The position numbers and the translations under genes are program-made. Shown here one piece after another: positions 35,198-45,533 of a DNA stretch of 64,000 bases. Source of the DNA: Phormidesmis sp. (GTDB taxonomy: Bacteria; Cyanobacteriota; Cyanobacteriia; Leptolyngbyales; Leptolyngbyaceae); the NCBI GenBank assembly GCA_965248535.1, contig CBDFJR010000005.1:1248001-1312000 (forward strand). Reading direction: 5' to 3'. The notes under the pieces were generated by a model, which saw only the letters and a program-made list of their open reading frames with translations, ran no database searches and was not told the DNA's origin. Every line of letters starts with the position of its first letter. Position 1 is the first letter of the stretch.

Positions 35198-35878
35198 ATG
35201 CGACTTGAGAAAGTAGTCCCGTGGGGACGATCGCTCTCGGAATATTGTCAAATGTTTGATCTCACGGCTGCTGATTTGGAGTCTAAAATTCTTGACTGTG
35301 GTGGCGGCCCGGCTAGCTTTAATGCTGAGATGACTCAGTTAAATAAGTCAGTAGTTTCGTGTGATCCGCTTTATCAGTTTTCGGTTGATGAGATTTCTCA
35401 ACGCATTGATCAAACTTATCCAATTGTGATTAAAACGACTGAAGTCAACCGTGATAACTTTGTGTGGACGACCATTCAATCTCCTGAGCAACTTGGACAG
35501 ATTCGCATGGCATCAATGCAACGTTTTTTAGAAGATTTCCCATTCGGACTACAACAACGACGTTATCTTTCAGCATCACTACCTACATTACCCTTCGATT
35601 CTCGCCAGTTTGATTTAGCGTTGTGCTCTCATTTCTTATTTTTATATTCTGATCAGTTATCGTTAGCGTTTCATCTCGCGTCGATCGTAGAAATGTGTCG
35701 AGTTGCTCCAGTTGTGAAAATCTTCCCGTTGCTCGTCAACATGACGGGAGAAACATCCCCCTTTTTAGAGCCTGTTATGCAGGAATTAACGGCACAAGGC
35801 TACTCGTTGAAGATCAAACAGGTGCCTTACGAATTTCAAAAAGGTGGCAATCAACTTTTGCAAGTCAGCGCAGAATGA
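35198..35878 (+). CDS. SAM-dependent methyltransferase
   Basis: ILDCGGGPASF, FDLALCSHFLFLY. Confidence 0.85.
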   Translation: MRLEKVVPWGRSLSEYCQMFDLTAADLESKILDCGGGPASFNAEMTQLNKSVVSCDPLYQFSVDEISQRIDQTYPIVIKTTEVNRDNFVWTTIQSPEQLGQIRMASMQRFLEDFPFGLQQRRYLSASLPTLPFDSRQFDLALCSHFLFLYSDQLSLAFHLASIVEMCRVAPVVKIFPLLVNMTGETSPFLEPVMQELTAQGYSLKIKQVPYEFQKGGNQLLQVSAE

Positions 35879-36786
35879 ATCATGGCTGGACGTATCGCGA
35901 ACGAATCGATAAACTAACGGAAAACTGCACAGTTTTAGATTACTACGCTCAACGCTATCTGCATTCCAGTCGTGCAGATTGGCAAACCCGAATTGCAACG
36001 GGTGAGATTTTATTAAATGGATTAACGACAACAGACGATAGAATTCTGAAACGCGGCGATCGCTTGAGCTATCACCGTCCGCCTTGGCAAGAGCCAGACG
36101 TGCCGCTCACCTTTCAAGTGATGATTGAAGACGCTGAGATTCTAGTGGTGTCTAAACCATCAGGCTTACCCGTTTTGCCCGGCGGCGGATTTTTAGAACA
36201 CACACTATTAGGACAACTTCAACAACGCTATCCCCACGAGACTCCGGTGCCGATTCACCGCTTAGGTCGGGGTACATCAGGGTTAGTGTTGTTAGCCCGA
36301 TCGCGCCATGCCCGTGCCTCTCTCAGTCAACAACTGCGATCGCAGCAGATGCAAAAAATCTATCGTACGCTGGTTAATGGAACTTTGATGCCCGATCGCT
36401 TTAGGGTGACGACCCCGATCGGCAAAATTCCCCATCCCGTTTTGGGCTATATTTACGCCGCCCACCCAGACGGATTGGTTGCCCAAAGTGACTGTCAAGT
36501 TCTGCGGCGGAATGCAGACACTACCCTGTTAGAGGTGAATATTCTTACAGGGCGACCGCATCAAATTCGGATTCATTTGGCAGCAGCAGGGTATCCATTA
36601 GTGGGCGACCCGCTGTATACGATCGGGGGCATTCCCAAAACATTCACGCCATCGGCAACGGGCGAGTTGCCTGTCCCAGGTGACTGTGGTTATCATCTGC
36701 ACGCGATGCAGTTGACTTTTAGCCATCCGATTACCCACGACTTAATGCAAGTCACATCGCCTCCACCAGACGGTCTTGATGGGTAA
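35875..36786 (+). CDS. RluA-family pseudouridine synthase
   Basis: KPSGL, HRLGRGTSG, TGRPHQIRIH, GDPLY; ATGA overlap at 35875. Confidence 0.9.
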   Translation: MNHGWTYRERIDKLTENCTVLDYYAQRYLHSSRADWQTRIATGEILLNGLTTTDDRILKRGDRLSYHRPPWQEPDVPLTFQVMIEDAEILVVSKPSGLPVLPGGGFLEHTLLGQLQQRYPHETPVPIHRLGRGTSGLVLLARSRHARASLSQQLRSQQMQKIYRTLVNGTLMPDRFRVTTPIGKIPHPVLGYIYAAHPDGLVAQSDCQVLRRNADTTLLEVNILTGRPHQIRIHLAAAGYPLVGDPLYTIGGIPKTFTPSATGELPVPGDCGYHLHAMQLTFSHPITHDLMQVTSPPPDGLDG

Positions 36787-36793
36787 TTTTCTA

Positions 36794-36920
36794 GGGGACT
36801 TTGAAAAGACTCGCGGTTTCAAAGTCCCCCAGCATGGGGGATTTAGGGGGCACAAGCAGACCCAACCGCAGCGAGTCTGAGAGTAGCTCATATCTAGAAT
36901 TTATTCATACAGGAGGTCTA
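36794..36920 (+). mobile_element. Left-truncated MITE, same family as 37291-37468
   Basis: GGGGACTTTGA...GGGGGATTTAGGGGGCACAAGC core and right end ATTCATACAGGAGGTCTA. Confidence 0.7.
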
Positions 36921-36995
36921 ATTCTGTAGGCTGAGTTGAACCTTTGTGAAACCCAATGGGTTTTAAATTACACGATCCACTGAATTTAATGAGCG

Positions 36996-37151
36996 AAAAG
37001 ACAATTTGCTTTCTCATTTTGGCAATTTGCTGGCTCATTTCAGTAGTTTCTGCAAGCAAATGGACAATTTGCTTTCTCATTTTGTCCATTTGCATTCTCA
37101 TTTCAGTAGTTTCTGCAAGCAAAAAGACAATTTGCTTTCTCATTTCAGTAG
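36996..37151. repeat. 63-bp tandem repeat (about 2.4 copies) with 21-bp sub-period
   Basis: GACAATTTGCTTTCTCATTT at 37000, 37063 and 37126. Confidence 0.9.
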
Positions 37152-37290
37152 ATCGCGCACTTGTAATAACCATTGCTGTAGGGCAAACGTGAGAAGTTGC
37201 CCCTCGATCGGGCAAGCGCAGAATGGAATTTTCTTGAGCAACCGATTTCATCAGATCTCCACCAGCAGGTTGAAACCAGGGAGCGAGCAC

Positions 37291-37468
37291 TAGACCTCCT
37301 GCACGAATCTAGGAACGCCCCCTATATCCCCCATGGCTGGGGGACTTTGAAATCAGAACTTGGCTCAAAATCCCCCGTTCTGGGGGATTTAGGGGGCACA
37401 AGCCGAACTCAACACAGCGCGAGATCAGAGCACTTTATCTCTAGAATTCTATTCATGCAGGAAGTCCA
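37291..37468 (+). mobile_element. 178-bp MITE
   Basis: Imperfect TIRs TAGACCTCCTGCACGAAT / ATTCATGCAGGAAGTCCA (15/18); C/G-run hairpin core. Confidence 0.8.
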
Positions 37469-37524
37469 TTCTCTTAAAAGTAGTATATTGCTAGTAAACT
37501 GCTTAGTTTACATTGAGGGGAACC

Positions 37525-38226
37525 ATGCCACCAAACATGCAGATTGGCTTACTTGTCTTGGGAGGAGTGCTAGTTTTGATGCACCAAGTGGCATTGCTGG
37601 AGGCAACATTAAGATTTTTGGGGCTGAGGCAGCAGAAAAAGTTTCCAATCCTTTTTTACGATTCATCGCGCATTGCTGGAGGCAACATTAAGATTTTTGG
37701 GGCTGAGGCAGCAGAAAAAGTTTCCAATCCTTTTTTACGATTCATCGCGTTTGCTTTTGGGGCTGGTTTAATTTTTGTATCAGTTCATCCGCAGAACCCC
37801 ACTCCTGAAAACAAGATTTTTGTTGATCCTGGCTTGTCTTCACCTAACCCGATTCCAGGAGTTTCCATCAAAAAAAATAACTCGATTGAGGTGATTCCTG
37901 CAAGGGATTTTCAGTGGGCTTGTAAGGGAAATGCAACCATCAATGCCTATACCTGGGTGGGCCCGGGTGGCGACAGCAGTTTTAGAAGTGATGAAAGAAA
38001 CATGCTGCCGAGTGCTCCTTTTTGCTCACTGATTGGTCGCGTTGGCACAGGTGCCTGGCACTATCTTGGGGATAACAATACGTTTACTGCTGATAGTTCA
38101 GGAAGTCTTTATTTAACAGCTAACGATGTGACACCAGGAAATTGTCCGCTACCAAACAAACAAGAATGCTACTCGGATAATAAAGGAACTGCAAGCGCAA
38201 CCGTAACAGTCAACGTCAGGAATTAG
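37525..38226 (+). CDS. Membrane-anchored protein with LecA/PA-IL-like C-terminal domain; contains a 79-bp tandem duplication
   Basis: GAGGGG RBS; hydrophobic N-terminus; PSAPFCSLIGRVG...GSLYLTAND...YSDNKG. Confidence 0.6.
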   Translation: MPPNMQIGLLVLGGVLVLMHQVALLEATLRFLGLRQQKKFPILFYDSSRIAGGNIKIFGAEAAEKVSNPFLRFIAFAFGAGLIFVSVHPQNPTPENKIFVDPGLSSPNPIPGVSIKKNNSIEVIPARDFQWACKGNATINAYTWVGPGGDSSFRSDERNMLPSAPFCSLIGRVGTGAWHYLGDNNTFTADSSGSLYLTANDVTPGNCPLPNKQECYSDNKGTASATVTVNVRN

Positions 38227-38481
38227 TTAATTGTTACGGTGGGTATTGTGGGTATAGCTCAATAGCTTTGTTGGAGCAGACAACAGAGTTCATTGACGAT
38301 CGTTCAACAGCAACGTCAGTCTGCTTGTTGTCCTCAAGCTTTAAGAATCTTAAGTTTGAAGATTTACTTCAAAAGTGAACTTTGTATTGTCTTTGGGTAG
38401 AAAATTCTAGCAATAAGTCATGAGCGATTAATTCTCATTATTTATTGTTGAGGATGAATCTATCTTTTATGGTGAGGCCCT

Positions 38482-39252
38482 ATGAAACAAACTTCAAAAC
38501 AGCAAAAATTTTCGAGAAGGAGCCTCCTTCAGTTTGGTGCAGGAGTGGTTGGTACAGGTTCTCTCACAGCTTGGTTAGGAACGGGTGCCTTGGCTCAAAC
38601 AGTCAGATATCGGGCATCTCGCACCAGTCCAGACCAGCTAATCGCGGTTGATCCAGCCAGTGCTCGTGCTGAAAGTGGGTTGACTCCTGATCAAGCATTG
38701 GCAAAACTGATAGAAGGAAACCAGCGATTTGTTGCCAGAAAACGGCTCAATCCCCATCAAGATAGTGCCCGTATAACTGAAGTTGCCGCCGGACAAGCCC
38801 CCTTTGCTGCCATTTTAAGTTGTGCAGACTCACGAGTTGTGCCAGAAATTGCCTTTGACCAAGGGATTGGCGATCTCTTTGTAGTCCGGGTGGCGGGCAA
38901 CATTGCTATCACCGAAGACATTGCTAGTGAAGAGTATGCGGTGGGTGTATTAAAAGCCCCTCTGCTCGTGGTTTTAGGACATGAGCGATGTGGGGCAGTG
39001 GCTGCGGCGTTGAAGGGAGGCGAGTTGCCAGGTGTTATTGAGTCGCTTGTGTTTGCGATTCAACCAGCCATTAAAGCTTCAGAGGGAGAAGCGGGCGATC
39101 GCCTCACTAATGCAGTCAAAGCCAATGTGCGCTTACAAGTACAGCGACTACAAAAGTCTTCTGTTATTGCTTCAGCTTTACAACAAGGCAAGCTTAAGAT
39201 TGTTGGGGCCTATTATGATCTCGATACAGGTGCAATCAGTTTAGTCAGTTAG
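38482..39252 (+). CDS. Beta-class carbonic anhydrase with Tat signal
   Basis: SRRSLL twin-arginine; CADSR, VRVAGN, GHERCGA. Confidence 0.94.
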   Translation: MKQTSKQQKFSRRSLLQFGAGVVGTGSLTAWLGTGALAQTVRYRASRTSPDQLIAVDPASARAESGLTPDQALAKLIEGNQRFVARKRLNPHQDSARITEVAAGQAPFAAILSCADSRVVPEIAFDQGIGDLFVVRVAGNIAITEDIASEEYAVGVLKAPLLVVLGHERCGAVAAALKGGELPGVIESLVFAIQPAIKASEGEAGDRLTNAVKANVRLQVQRLQKSSVIASALQQGKLKIVGAYYDLDTGAISLVS

Positions 39253-39522
39253 CACTCCATTGCTATAAAAAACCTTGCTAATAAGTAGGGTTGTGAGCTA
39301 ATCATGCCCATCTACTTGATCGGTTGGAGATCTATTGTTCACTTTAGATGATCTGCGGCGGGTGATGGGCAAGCTCAAGGTGAATAGCAAGTAATTGTTG
39401 GCAACAAAGATTTGGGAATAACTTTCTCAAGTCGGCTTAGAGGATGTTTGAAAAGATGTGGTGAAGCCGACTGTTTGAGTCTCTTCGCTGAATTCTGACC
39501 TAAGCCAGTAGTTAGAATTTGT

Positions 39523-42500
39523 TTATACCGCGATCGCGACTCCCTCGATCGCTTCATCTGCCGTCTCATATAAATCACGCAACTGCGCCAACTTTTCTGG
39601 TTCGGGTTGCCAAAAGCCGCGACCGTTTGCTTCTAACATCCTACTAACGATGTTGCGGAAGGCTTCAGGGTTTGCCGATCGCAGTTTGTTCGCCATTTCT
39701 GAATCCAGTGCGTAAGTTTCGGCGGCTTGGTCATAAACCCAGGATTCTTGAAAATCGACGGTGCCGCCCCAGCCGATTAAAGCAGTCATGCGCTGAGAAA
39801 TCTCGTAAGCCCCACCAGAACCCTGATCTGCCATGGCTTCTGCCCATTTGGGGTTCAGCAGTTTTGTGCGATATTCTAGCCGCAGCAAATCGTCTAAATC
39901 GCGAGGGGTCGTGTCTTTTGAGAAACTTTCGACAAAACTCGCCTGCACTTTTTTGCCCTGCTGCTTTTCGGCGGCTCGTTTTAATCCGCCCGTGTTGGCA
40001 TAATATTCCTGAATGTCCGTCAAGCCGTATTCGACCGAATCGATTTCTTGAATGATCCGATCGGTGGTGTTTAGCAGCGATTCTAAGATCAGCGATCGGT
40101 CTTGTCCTTTATCGGTTCTGCCATAGCTAAATCCGTTGCGACTTTGCCAGGTTTGTGCCAACTCATCGCCCGATTCCCAGTTGCCAGCAACGACCCGATC
40201 GTTAACGAGAGAACCGTAGTCTCCAGATGGATTTGAGAATAGACGTGCTGAAGGATTTTCAACGCCTTGAGCAATGAGTGGTTTAACGTGTTTGCGAACA
40301 AAATTCTGATCGTCTGGTTCGTCAGCATCGGCAGCGCGCTGAAACAAATCGTCTAATAGCTCAATGATATTGACAAAGCTATCTCTAAAAATGCCTGAGA
40401 GATTGGCTAATACATCAATTCGGGGATGCCCAACTTCTGCTAGCGGTCTTAACTCATAGCGAACAATTCGCCCAGTGCCTTCTTTAACGGGTTCTGCACC
40501 GACTAGCTCTAACAAAATGCCGAGCGATTCGCCTTTGGTTTTAATCGCGTCTAAGCCCCACAGCATCACTGCCACAGTTTCGGGATAGGTGCCGTGCTGC
40601 TGCAAATGTTGCGTGAGAATTTGTTGGGCGATCGCTCTCCCTCGTTCATAGGCCGCAGGCGACGGCATCCGATAAGGGTCGAGGGCATGAATGTTTCGTC
40701 CGGTGGGCAAAACTTCTGCCCCGTCGCGCAGCAAATCGCCACCGGGAGCGGGCGGAATATACTCGCCATTCAGTCCTCGCAGTAAGTTAGTGAGTTCGTC
40801 GGTATTTTGAGCCAGCAGATCGCGAATTTTTGATGCTTCTTCAGTCTCCGCCGCGCCGTCGAAATAGGCGTTGAGATAACTGTCTAATTCTTCAGGGTTG
40901 GGCGGTTCACCAAGGACGTGTAACCCTGATGAAAATAGACGATTTTCGAGAATTTGCAGATAGTCGTAGAGAGTGATTAAGTAGCGATTAAATGCCTCGT
41001 TACTAAAAAGTTTAACGGTCTCGATCGTAACCCCCATGCCCATTTTTTGAGCGTCTATAAACGGACAATCTGCATCAAGTCCGGTGTCGCTAATCTTCTT
41101 GCAAATCACCTCTTTAAGAGCGTAATTTTTATCAGAATCTTCGCGATATTCAGCAATTAAATCGCGCAGGGTAACGAGTTCTTTATACAATCCCGCTCGA
41201 CCGTAGGGCGGAACATTGTGCGAGATCAAAACCCCATAGCCGCGCCGCTTGGCCAGAATTGATTCAGAGGGATTGTTGGCTGCATAAATGTAGAGATTGG
41301 GCAAATTTCCGAGCAAGACATCTGACCACGAATACCCCGTGTTGCCTAATGGAGAACCAGGGAGCCATTCAACCGTGCCGTGCATCCCAAAGTGAACGAT
41401 CGCGCTAGCCTGAAAGTCTTTTTGTAACCACTGATAAAAGGCCGCATATTGGGGATGAGGGGTGAGATCGCGATCGAACATTAATCGCATTGGGTCGCCC
41501 GAAATGCCCAACGGTGGCTGCACTCCAATCCACACGTTGCCAAACTGAACTCCGCCCCAAGTTAGGGCTTCACCCATTGTTTTGATGCCGCTTCCCGATA
41601 GCGATTTCCACTGTTTTTCAATGCGTGAAGTGAGGAGATAACCTAACCATTTTTCTAGAGTCCGAACGTTAATCGACTGGTGTGTAGAATCATCCGTTTG
41701 GAATTCACCGATCCATTCATCGGCTTGTTTCACTTGACGGATAATTTCTTCGCCATCTTGGGGCAACTCTCCGATCGTGTAGCCCTGATCTTTAAGCGCT
41801 TGCAGAAGTTTAAGCAGCGACTTTGGCACATTCAACAAAGCGGCAGTGCCGACGGCTCCATAGCCCGGTGGAAAGCCATATAAGATAATCGCGAGTTTAC
41901 GATCGCTGACCGATTTGCGCCGCAGATCGATCCATTTTTGCAGCCGTCCGGTGAGCCGTTTGACCCGTTCGGGAATCAGGTAAATCTTCTCTCCGACCAA
42001 ACCGCCTAGAGGAATGGTATCGATCGCACCATCTAACTCCGGTAGCGCATAAAGCACCACGCTTTGCAAACCGCCAATTCCCTGCCGCGTCCAAGAGTGA
42101 ATGTCTTGAATCAACAGTGGTGCCGCCACTAAATAAGGAATATTTTTAGCGCTGAGAATGCGTTTTGCCACTTCGGTTTGACGACCCGCTTCCATTGAGC
42201 CAGCCGGCCCCCCGACTAGTGGAAAGCCAATCGTAGAGACGATCGCATCCACCTTTGCCGCTTCACTAGACAGTGATTTTGTCTCTATAATGCCTTGCTG
42301 ACGTTGTGCTTGTTCATAGTCAGTCGTCATCAAATCGCGCACTGCTACATGACCCTCAACCCCGTTGATAAAAATCGGTAGCGGAATCAAATTTGCCTGC
42401 TCAAACTGTCGAATTAGTTGGGCAATATAAGGCTGTTTTGTAATAACGTGCTTTCGATAAAGCAAAATTCCTACTACGGGAAGATTTTTGGATTGACGAG

Positions 42501-43170
42501 TTTTATACCAACTCAAATATTGTTTAGGAGACTCAAAATAGCCCAAATAATCTGGGTGCAGCAATCCGATATTAGGAGTCTCGATCGGAGGCGCAATGTC
42601 TCCAACATCTAACCCTAAATACTTCTCTGCCAAAACCCAAAACAGAGCCGCTACATTTTCTGATCCTCCTGCATTCCAATAGCCATAAATAATCAGCCAG
42701 TTCCGCAGATCTTGCACCTTTTGACCGGGCAGAAATTTCAGTAATTTTGGACCAATTTTGAGAAAGCTAATATAGCCCGCCAGTTTATCTTCTTCTCGCC
42801 CATTGCCAAACTTATCGAGAATGAATTTAACAGGTTTTGGCATCCCCTTAGGCTTGTCTCCAATGGCAAACTTGCCGAGTTGGGTGAGGCTCATCAACTC
42901 TAACGCCGACTCAAACACTAACCGCATGGGGATTTGCTGCACTCGCTGCCGCAGCCACATCACCTGATCATAGTCAAACAGCAAACTTCCAAAAAACGCA
43001 TCCGCCCCTTGCAGCGCCGATTCAACTTGGGTGGGCTGAAGAGTGAGATCACGATCGCTAAACACCAAAATCTCTAAGTCTGGGCATCGCATCTGAGCTA
43101 CTTGAGCCGCCTGACGGTAAAGATCCGCATTAAAAGACTCAAACCCAGCGATTAAAACAATCCGTTTCAT
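39523..43170 (-). CDS. bchH: Magnesium chelatase subunit H (BchH-type paralog)
   Basis: 1215 aa; HFGMHGTVEWLPG, LPTGRNIHALDP, RTKLLNPKW. Confidence 0.92.
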   Translation of the reverse strand: MKRIVLIAGFESFNADLYRQAAQVAQMRCPDLEILVFSDRDLTLQPTQVESALQGADAFFGSLLFDYDQVMWLRQRVQQIPMRLVFESALELMSLTQLGKFAIGDKPKGMPKPVKFILDKFGNGREEDKLAGYISFLKIGPKLLKFLPGQKVQDLRNWLIIYGYWNAGGSENVAALFWVLAEKYLGLDVGDIAPPIETPNIGLLHPDYLGYFESPKQYLSWYKTRQSKNLPVVGILLYRKHVITKQPYIAQLIRQFEQANLIPLPIFINGVEGHVAVRDLMTTDYEQAQRQQGIIETKSLSSEAAKVDAIVSTIGFPLVGGPAGSMEAGRQTEVAKRILSAKNIPYLVAAPLLIQDIHSWTRQGIGGLQSVVLYALPELDGAIDTIPLGGLVGEKIYLIPERVKRLTGRLQKWIDLRRKSVSDRKLAIILYGFPPGYGAVGTAALLNVPKSLLKLLQALKDQGYTIGELPQDGEEIIRQVKQADEWIGEFQTDDSTHQSINVRTLEKWLGYLLTSRIEKQWKSLSGSGIKTMGEALTWGGVQFGNVWIGVQPPLGISGDPMRLMFDRDLTPHPQYAAFYQWLQKDFQASAIVHFGMHGTVEWLPGSPLGNTGYSWSDVLLGNLPNLYIYAANNPSESILAKRRGYGVLISHNVPPYGRAGLYKELVTLRDLIAEYREDSDKNYALKEVICKKISDTGLDADCPFIDAQKMGMGVTIETVKLFSNEAFNRYLITLYDYLQILENRLFSSGLHVLGEPPNPEELDSYLNAYFDGAAETEEASKIRDLLAQNTDELTNLLRGLNGEYIPPAPGGDLLRDGAEVLPTGRNIHALDPYRMPSPAAYERGRAIAQQILTQHLQQHGTYPETVAVMLWGLDAIKTKGESLGILLELVGAEPVKEGTGRIVRYELRPLAEVGHPRIDVLANLSGIFRDSFVNIIELLDDLFQRAADADEPDDQNFVRKHVKPLIAQGVENPSARLFSNPSGDYGSLVNDRVVAGNWESGDELAQTWQSRNGFSYGRTDKGQDRSLILESLLNTTDRIIQEIDSVEYGLTDIQEYYANTGGLKRAAEKQQGKKVQASFVESFSKDTTPRDLDDLLRLEYRTKLLNPKWAEAMADQGSGGAYEISQRMTALIGWGGTVDFQESWVYDQAAETYALDSEMANKLRSANPEAFRNIVSRMLEANGRGFWQPEPEKLAQLRDLYETADEAIEGVAIAV

Positions 43171-43278
43171 GCCCTAAGTGTCAAAAAGATCTGATGTCTC
43201 AATCTTAAAGCAGTCTCCCCTCAGAAAGGCACCTCTCATCAGCAGGAGGAGATCCAGACTTTGATCGGATCGAATTGA

Positions 43279-43318
43279 TTGACAGTTCATCTTAATTCTT
43301 TTATAGTACCTGTGTACT
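43279..43318 (+). promoter_or_regulatory. Sigma70-type promoter overlapped by a LexA box
   Basis: TTGACA 43279-43284, 17 nt, TATAGT 43302-43307; AGTAC-CTG-TGTACT 43305-43318 fits RGTAC-N3-DGTWCB. Confidence 0.8.
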
Positions 43319-43391
43319 AACTGGGCAAATCTGAAGGCAATCGGGGACATATGATCGCAGCCCTTTCCGCATCAGTATAAAGGAGAAACCA

Positions 43392-44462
43392 ATGACCAGT
43401 GTAGAAACCAGACAGGCAAAGGCCAAAAAAGAAATGACGATCGCCACGCCAGATCTTCCTGCAATAGAATCGCCCGTTCGCTCTGCGCCAACCCGATCGC
43501 TGGCTCTCGATGGGGGAAACTATGATCTCAAGTTTTGGGATGGCACCGGAATTCCTAAAGCGATTCGCTCGATTCGATTTCAGGTTCCCCAGGGTCGTGA
43601 TCCCGTCCGTTATTCCGATAGTTCTCCGCTCGTAGAGTTGCCTGACGGCACGCGCTATCACTTTGGCACCCAGGCTTATAAATATCGCAGACAGCAGCAA
43701 ACCGTGGTCGAAAATAAGGTTGACCTGGCCCGGCTGCATCTCTATGCCTGTTTAGAAGCAGACCGATCGGTTGAAGATCTCTGCCAGTTTCATCTTCAGC
43801 TTCACGTCTCAACCCCCGAACCTGCTAAAAGTCAGGAGTCGTTGAGGTCACAACTGATGGGCGTGCATGAGTTTAAGCGCAACGGCATTCCGTTTAGGGT
43901 GACGGTCGATCAGGTTGAGGTTGAGCGAGAAGGGTTGGGTTCCTATCGCTACGCGCAGCGGCTAGGGCTGATCGCCGAAAGTGGCTATACGATCGTGGTC
44001 GATATTGGCGGCGGCACCTGGATCACTCGCTTAATGGATGCCGAAGGAGACGTGATTGACGAAAACGTGATGGATCGCGGCGGCGCTTATGAACTAGCAA
44101 CAGCCATCAGTTTTGATAAGCGCTTGACCAATGTGTTATCCACCACTGCCGACCCCGCGATCGTCATGGATGGGTTTAAAACAGGACACAACTACGCCGA
44201 TACAGGGCTATCGTGGTCGCTCTGGCTTGACGACTATCTTGACCCCTGGTTTAAAGGCATCTTTCAGACGATCAAAGCGCAATACACCCCTTATATGGCC
44301 AGGGTGACGCGGTTTTTGGTAACTGGCGGAAGCTCTCATCTGATCGCCGAACGGCTGGCGGGGCGCAAGTTATTTGCGGTCATGCCCGAACCTCAGTTTG
44401 CCAACGTTCGCGGTCTATTTCCCATTAACGAAGGATTGCAGCTATGTATGACAACAAAGTGA
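43392..44462 (+). CDS. ParM/StbA-like actin-fold ATPase
   Basis: ALDGGNYDLK (phosphate 1), EREGLGS, VVDIGGGT (phosphate 2), LVTGGSS, PQFANVRG; AAGGAG RBS. Confidence 0.9.
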   Translation: MTSVETRQAKAKKEMTIATPDLPAIESPVRSAPTRSLALDGGNYDLKFWDGTGIPKAIRSIRFQVPQGRDPVRYSDSSPLVELPDGTRYHFGTQAYKYRRQQQTVVENKVDLARLHLYACLEADRSVEDLCQFHLQLHVSTPEPAKSQESLRSQLMGVHEFKRNGIPFRVTVDQVEVEREGLGSYRYAQRLGLIAESGYTIVVDIGGGTWITRLMDAEGDVIDENVMDRGGAYELATAISFDKRLTNVLSTTADPAIVMDGFKTGHNYADTGLSWSLWLDDYLDPWFKGIFQTIKAQYTPYMARVTRFLVTGGSSHLIAERLAGRKLFAVMPEPQFANVRGLFPINEGLQLCMTTK

Positions 44463-44686
44463 GACTCAGCGAAGATGTGCTAGAAAAGGCAGAAATGATT
44501 GCCTCAGAATGGGGTTTGAAGAATGCACGAGCCGCGATCGAGGCCGTTTTTCGCAAATATGCCGACGATTATTTGTATGGACGAACCCAGTTTGGTGGTG
44601 GAGATACGATCGTGCCCTTTAGACAGGTGAATTCGTCTAGCGATTGTGATGCATTAGACGAGTTAGACGAGTTGTTAGGGCTTTAA
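44444..44686 (+). CDS. Small ParR-like partner (predicted RHH N-terminus, acidic tail)
   Basis: Overlaps actin 3' end; KVRLSEDVLEKAEMIA...ARAAIEAVFRKY; tail DALDELDELLGL. Confidence 0.7.
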   Translation: MYDNKVRLSEDVLEKAEMIASEWGLKNARAAIEAVFRKYADDYLYGRTQFGGGDTIVPFRQVNSSSDCDALDELDELLGL

Positions 44687-44801
44687 CCTCGTGGATTAAA
44701 TCAGATCACTGGCACAGGCAATGGGCATGGCATGGCTCTGCCCTAGCGCGGAGGGTTCCTGCCATCGCCCCTGTTTCTTGATTTGTTTGCTGAAGATGAG
44801 G

Positions 44802-45533
44802 TTATGTGTCTTGAGATAGCTCATCCCACAGAGAAGTGGTTTGGCGCAAGCTGAGGTGATTTCCGTTGCCCAAAATTAGGTGATCTAAAAGCGGAATGTC
44901 TAAAAACTTTGCTCCTGTTAGCAGTTGGCGAGTCAGGGCAAGGTCTTCAGGGCTGGGTTCGACATTGCCAGAGGGGTGATTGTGGGCGATGATCACGCGA
45001 GTTGCTCCCTGACGGAGCACTTCTCTAAAAATGTCGCGGGGATGGGCAAGGGTTTCTGTCGCCGTGCCGATCGTGATAATTTGCGTCCCGATCAGACGGT
45101 GTTTTGTGTCGAGCAGCAGCACGGCAAATCGCTCCTGGTTTTGCCACATGAGATCATTACTCAACGCTGCCGCCGCCACTGCGGGGTCATCAATCACCGT
45201 TTTTTCGGGCGGTCGAGATTGATAGACGCGCTTGCCAAGCTCGATCGCTGCCAAAATCGTAGTGGCCTTTGCCGGGCCAACCCCCGAAATCTTGATCAAT
45301 TGTTGAATGCTGACCTCTCGCAAAACGCCGAGGGGATCGCGCTGATGCTGGCTCAATTCTTGCAGCATGAATTGCCCTAACCCAACGGCCGAAAGCTTTC
45401 CGGCTCCCTGCCCGGTGCCCAGTAAGATCGCAATTAACTCTGCTGTAGAGAGAATCTTGGCACCCTGGGCCATCAACCGTTCGCGGGGTCGCTCGCTCAT
45501 CGGCAAATCGGCGATTCTCAGGCTGTAGGTCAT
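44802..45533 (-). CDS. radC: RadC (JAB domain) protein
   Basis: ERPRERL, GVGPAKA, HNHPSG...D, LLDHLI. Confidence 0.96.
   Translation of the reverse strand: MTYSLRIADLPMSERPRERLMAQGAKILSTAELIAILLGTGQGAGKLSAVGLGQFMLQELSQHQRDPLGVLREVSIQQLIKISGVGPAKATTILAAIELGKRVYQSRPPEKTVIDDPAVAAAALSNDLMWQNQERFAVLLLDTKHRLIGTQIITIGTATETLAHPRDIFREVLRQGATRVIIAHNHPSGNVEPSPEDLALTRQLLTGAKFLDIPLLDHLILGNGNHLSLRQTTSLWDELSQDT

Noticed and set aside
35695..35874. Long N-terminal extension of the RluA-family ORF
   Set aside because: Overlaps the upstream gene; the ATGA-coupled start at 35875 is more plausible.
36996..37151. Possible CRISPR mini-array
   Set aside because: Intervening segments are near-copies of each other, not unique spacers; no cas genes in the window.
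43392..44462. MreB, FtsA or Hsp70 identity for the actin-fold gene
   Set aside because: Lacks their signature sequences and context; the small overlapping partner fits ParM-like organisation.
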